A stretch of DNA of 64,000 nt from Macrostomum lignano (taxonomy: Eukaryota), in contig NIVC01001474.1 of NCBI GenBank assembly GCA_002269645.1, positions 1 through 64,000 of the forward strand. The letters are read 5' to 3'. Under the pieces are notes generated by a model, which did not search any database, had not been told where the DNA came from, and worked only from the letters and a program-made list of their open reading frames with translations. The stretch's first letter is position 1. Each line of letters opens with the position of its first letter. Shown one piece after another: positions 61,556-64,000 of this stretch. The position numbers were made by a program, and so were the translations under genes.

Positions 61556-62430
61556 ACGTTGCTGTCCAGCTTCGGCGAAACACGAGATGGAGGAGGGCGG
61601 GGGGTTGATGGCGCACCCAGTCTCAGGCTCGGAGCAGTGCTGCAGCTGCTGCATAAGCTGCATCAATAATTGAATGGGCCAATTTTCTAGAGCTTTTCGA
61701 GTGGTTGGACAGACTCGATTTAACAATGGAAGCTGCAATAAGTGCTTCATCAGTAGGAGCAATTACTGAGCAGCACAGAGCCGCAGCTGAAGCTCGAAGC
61801 CACTGGGAAAGTGCTCAACACCGGAGCGGAAAAAAAACAGCCTCTATAACTCGTCTCGACCCCAGCTGTCTAAGCAGCCGACCTCATGGCCCAAAAAACA
61901 TGCAATAACGAAGCTGAGGTTTGAGGGCCAAGTCAGCAGCCTGCGAACGGGTGACACAGAAGACCCAAAGGGAGGGGTTGAAGTTTGCCTAGCAACGGTG
62001 CAGAGAGAGCTTAAGCGCTAGCCCTACTAAAACCACTCATTGCTTTGCAGTTGTGCCCATGCGCTCTCTTTGACTAGAAAATACACCCTGCCTTGAATAA
62101 TATTCGGTGCTGTGAGCTTTGAGATGTGAGCCTCACTCATAATATGCCTTCAGAGGCCAAGTGTTTGTGAGAGTCTTTCTGACATGCAAGCAGAGAAGAC
62201 AACAAGAAAATAAAACCTGTTACTGCCCATCTCTCGGGGGCTCTCGTTGTCCCAGCTTATTGTCAAATCTGTCCAATGAAGCAGTATTTCTTATATTACT
62301 TGAGTGCTTGCACATTCGCTAGTTTTTTCATAATCATAAAATTTTCATAATAATATAATCATAAAATATTTCCTGATGGTTTGTTGCATTGGCAGGTGCC
62401 ATCAATACCCAGCCCATCGAATTTCTAGTT
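59920..62430. repeat. Diverged local duplication (~59920-60680 vs ~61410-62430) containing an exon-like block and a (CT)n tract
   Basis: Shared words: CATCAAGAATAA, TCTCACCCGGTTGCCAA.GTGGCAAGAATAACAAACAACTCTC, GAAACACGAGATGGAGGAGGGCGGG, TTGATGGCGCACCCAGTCT, AATCATAAAATATT. Confidence 0.85.
60720..61335. repeat. 17-bp minisatellite GCATAACACACACGCCT
   Basis: Direct. Confidence 0.95.
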
Positions 62431-62749
62431 TATTATAGTAACTCTAAGTAAGGTTTAGAATATCTCAAAAATGTAAAATTAAGCAAGACCCGATGCGCAG
62501 ATGCAGTAATTCAAGATGCAGTCAGGTAAACCTGGTTGCCATGCAATTAAAGCATTAACATCTGAGCCGCCACAGGTGCCTGGCTCCCCTGCATTGGCGG
62601 CAGAAGCTCAGCAGGTATGAAAAGCAATTGGCAAGAGCTGCAGAGGCTGAGCACTGCTCAGTGGCCTGCTATGGGCCTCTTCTGTCTATCTTTCTCTCTG
62701 TGTGCGTTGGGGCACTGCGGCTCTTCCTCCCTTATCTACCACTCTGACG

Positions 62750-63850
62750 GCCATCTCCCTCATTTATCTACCTCTTTGAATACCCCCTCTCCCTCCCTTA
62801 TCTACCTCTTTGAATACCCCCTCTCCCTCCCTTATCTACCTCTTTGAATACCCCTCTCCCTCCCTTATCTACCTCTTTGAATACCCCCTCTCCCTCCCTT
62901 ATCTACCTCTTTGAATACCCCTCTCCCTCCCTTATCTACCTCTTTGAATACCCCCTCTCCCTCCCTTATCTACCTCTTTGAATACCCCCTCTCCCTCCCT
63001 TATCTACCTCTTTGAATACCCCCTCCCTCCCTTATCTACCTCTTTGAATACCCCTCTCCCTCCCTTATCTACCTCTTTGAATACCCCCTCTCCCTCCCTA
63101 ATCCACCTCTTTGAATACCCCTCTCCCTCCCTTGTCTACCTCTTTGAATACCCCTCTCCCTCCCTTGTCTACCTCTTTGAATACCCCCTCTCCCTCCCTA
63201 ATCTACCTCTTTGAATACCCCTCTCCCTCATTTATCTACCTCTTTGACTCTCCCTCTCCCTCCCTAATCTACCTCTTTGAATACCCCTCTCCCTCCCTAA
63301 TCTACCTCTTTGAATACCCCTCTCCCTCCCTAATCTACCTCTTTGAATACCCCTCTCCCTCCCTTGTCTACCTCTTTGAATACCCCCTCTCCCTCTCTAA
63401 TCTACCTCTTTGAATACCCCTCTCCCTCATTTATCTACCTCTTTGAATACCCCCTCTCCCTCACTTATCTACCTCTTTGACTCTCCCTCTCCCTCACTTA
63501 TCTACCTCTTTGAATACCCCCTCTCCCTCCCTTGTCTACCTCTTTGAATACCCCCTCTCCCTCCCTAATCTACCTCTTTGAATACCCCTCTCCCTCATTT
63601 ATCTACCTCTTTGACTCTCCCTCTCCCTCCCTAATCTACCTCTTTGAATACCCCTCTCCCTCCCTTGTCTACCTCTTTGAATACCCCTCTCCCTCCCTAA
63701 TCTACCTCTTTGAATACCCCCTCTCCCTCCCTAATCTACCTCTTTGAATACCCCTCTCCCTCATTTATCTACCTCTTTGACTCTCCCTCTCCCTCATTTA
63801 TCTACCTCTCTGACTCTCCCTCTCCCTCCCTTATCTACCTCCCTGACTCT
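62750..63850. repeat. 33-34-bp pyrimidine-rich minisatellite TACCTCTTTGAATACCCCTCTCCCTCCCTTATC
   Basis: Direct. Confidence 0.95.
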
Positions 63851-64000
63851 CCCTCTTCATCTCTTTATCTACTGGATCACCGTCCAGCTTTTTAAGTACA
63901 AAATACAAAACTGAACGAAAATGAATAAAGTAAACTTTTCTCTTAATTGAATCTCCATAGCTATTCTTAGCTAGTATTATTTTCTCAGACTGCATTTTCC

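Overview
This is eukaryotic animal genomic DNA. Spliceosomal GT-AG introns filled with minisatellites, and indels in homopolymer runs, resemble the flatworm Macrostomum lignano; that species assignment is an inference. Host genes, in order: (1) a large, heavily frame-disrupted + strand gene (1-9404); (2) a 2-exon membrane-protein gene (10217-11296, -); (3) a clean 7-exon signal peptide-SRCR-SRCR-ZP (DMBT1-like) gene with one GC-AG intron (13276-21623, -); (4) a 2-exon, 76-aa MGCGGSK microprotein missing from the ORF track (23677-24757, +); (5) a secreted PAN/apple + ALK/LTK-type glycine-rich protein (27962-29528, +); (6) a 5-exon pyruvate kinase (50811-56295, +); (7) a disrupted TRPC-like segment (~58160-59015, -). 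A transposon cluster fills about 30.9-50.0 kb: a 980-bp MITE, a full-length LOA-type LINE with a 13-bp TSD and a 298-bp MITE inserted in frame in its RNase H, a very young Ty3/Gypsy element with 1349-bp LTRs, and a TRIM-like element. Two structures stand out. First, the Gypsy U5 end holds a polarised series of fossil 'LTR end + tRNA-Leu PBS' junctions. Second, two dispersed 28S rRNA-derived fragments are both altered exactly at the R2/I-PpoI target site, and both are associated with MITEs. All coordinates and alignments were done by hand.
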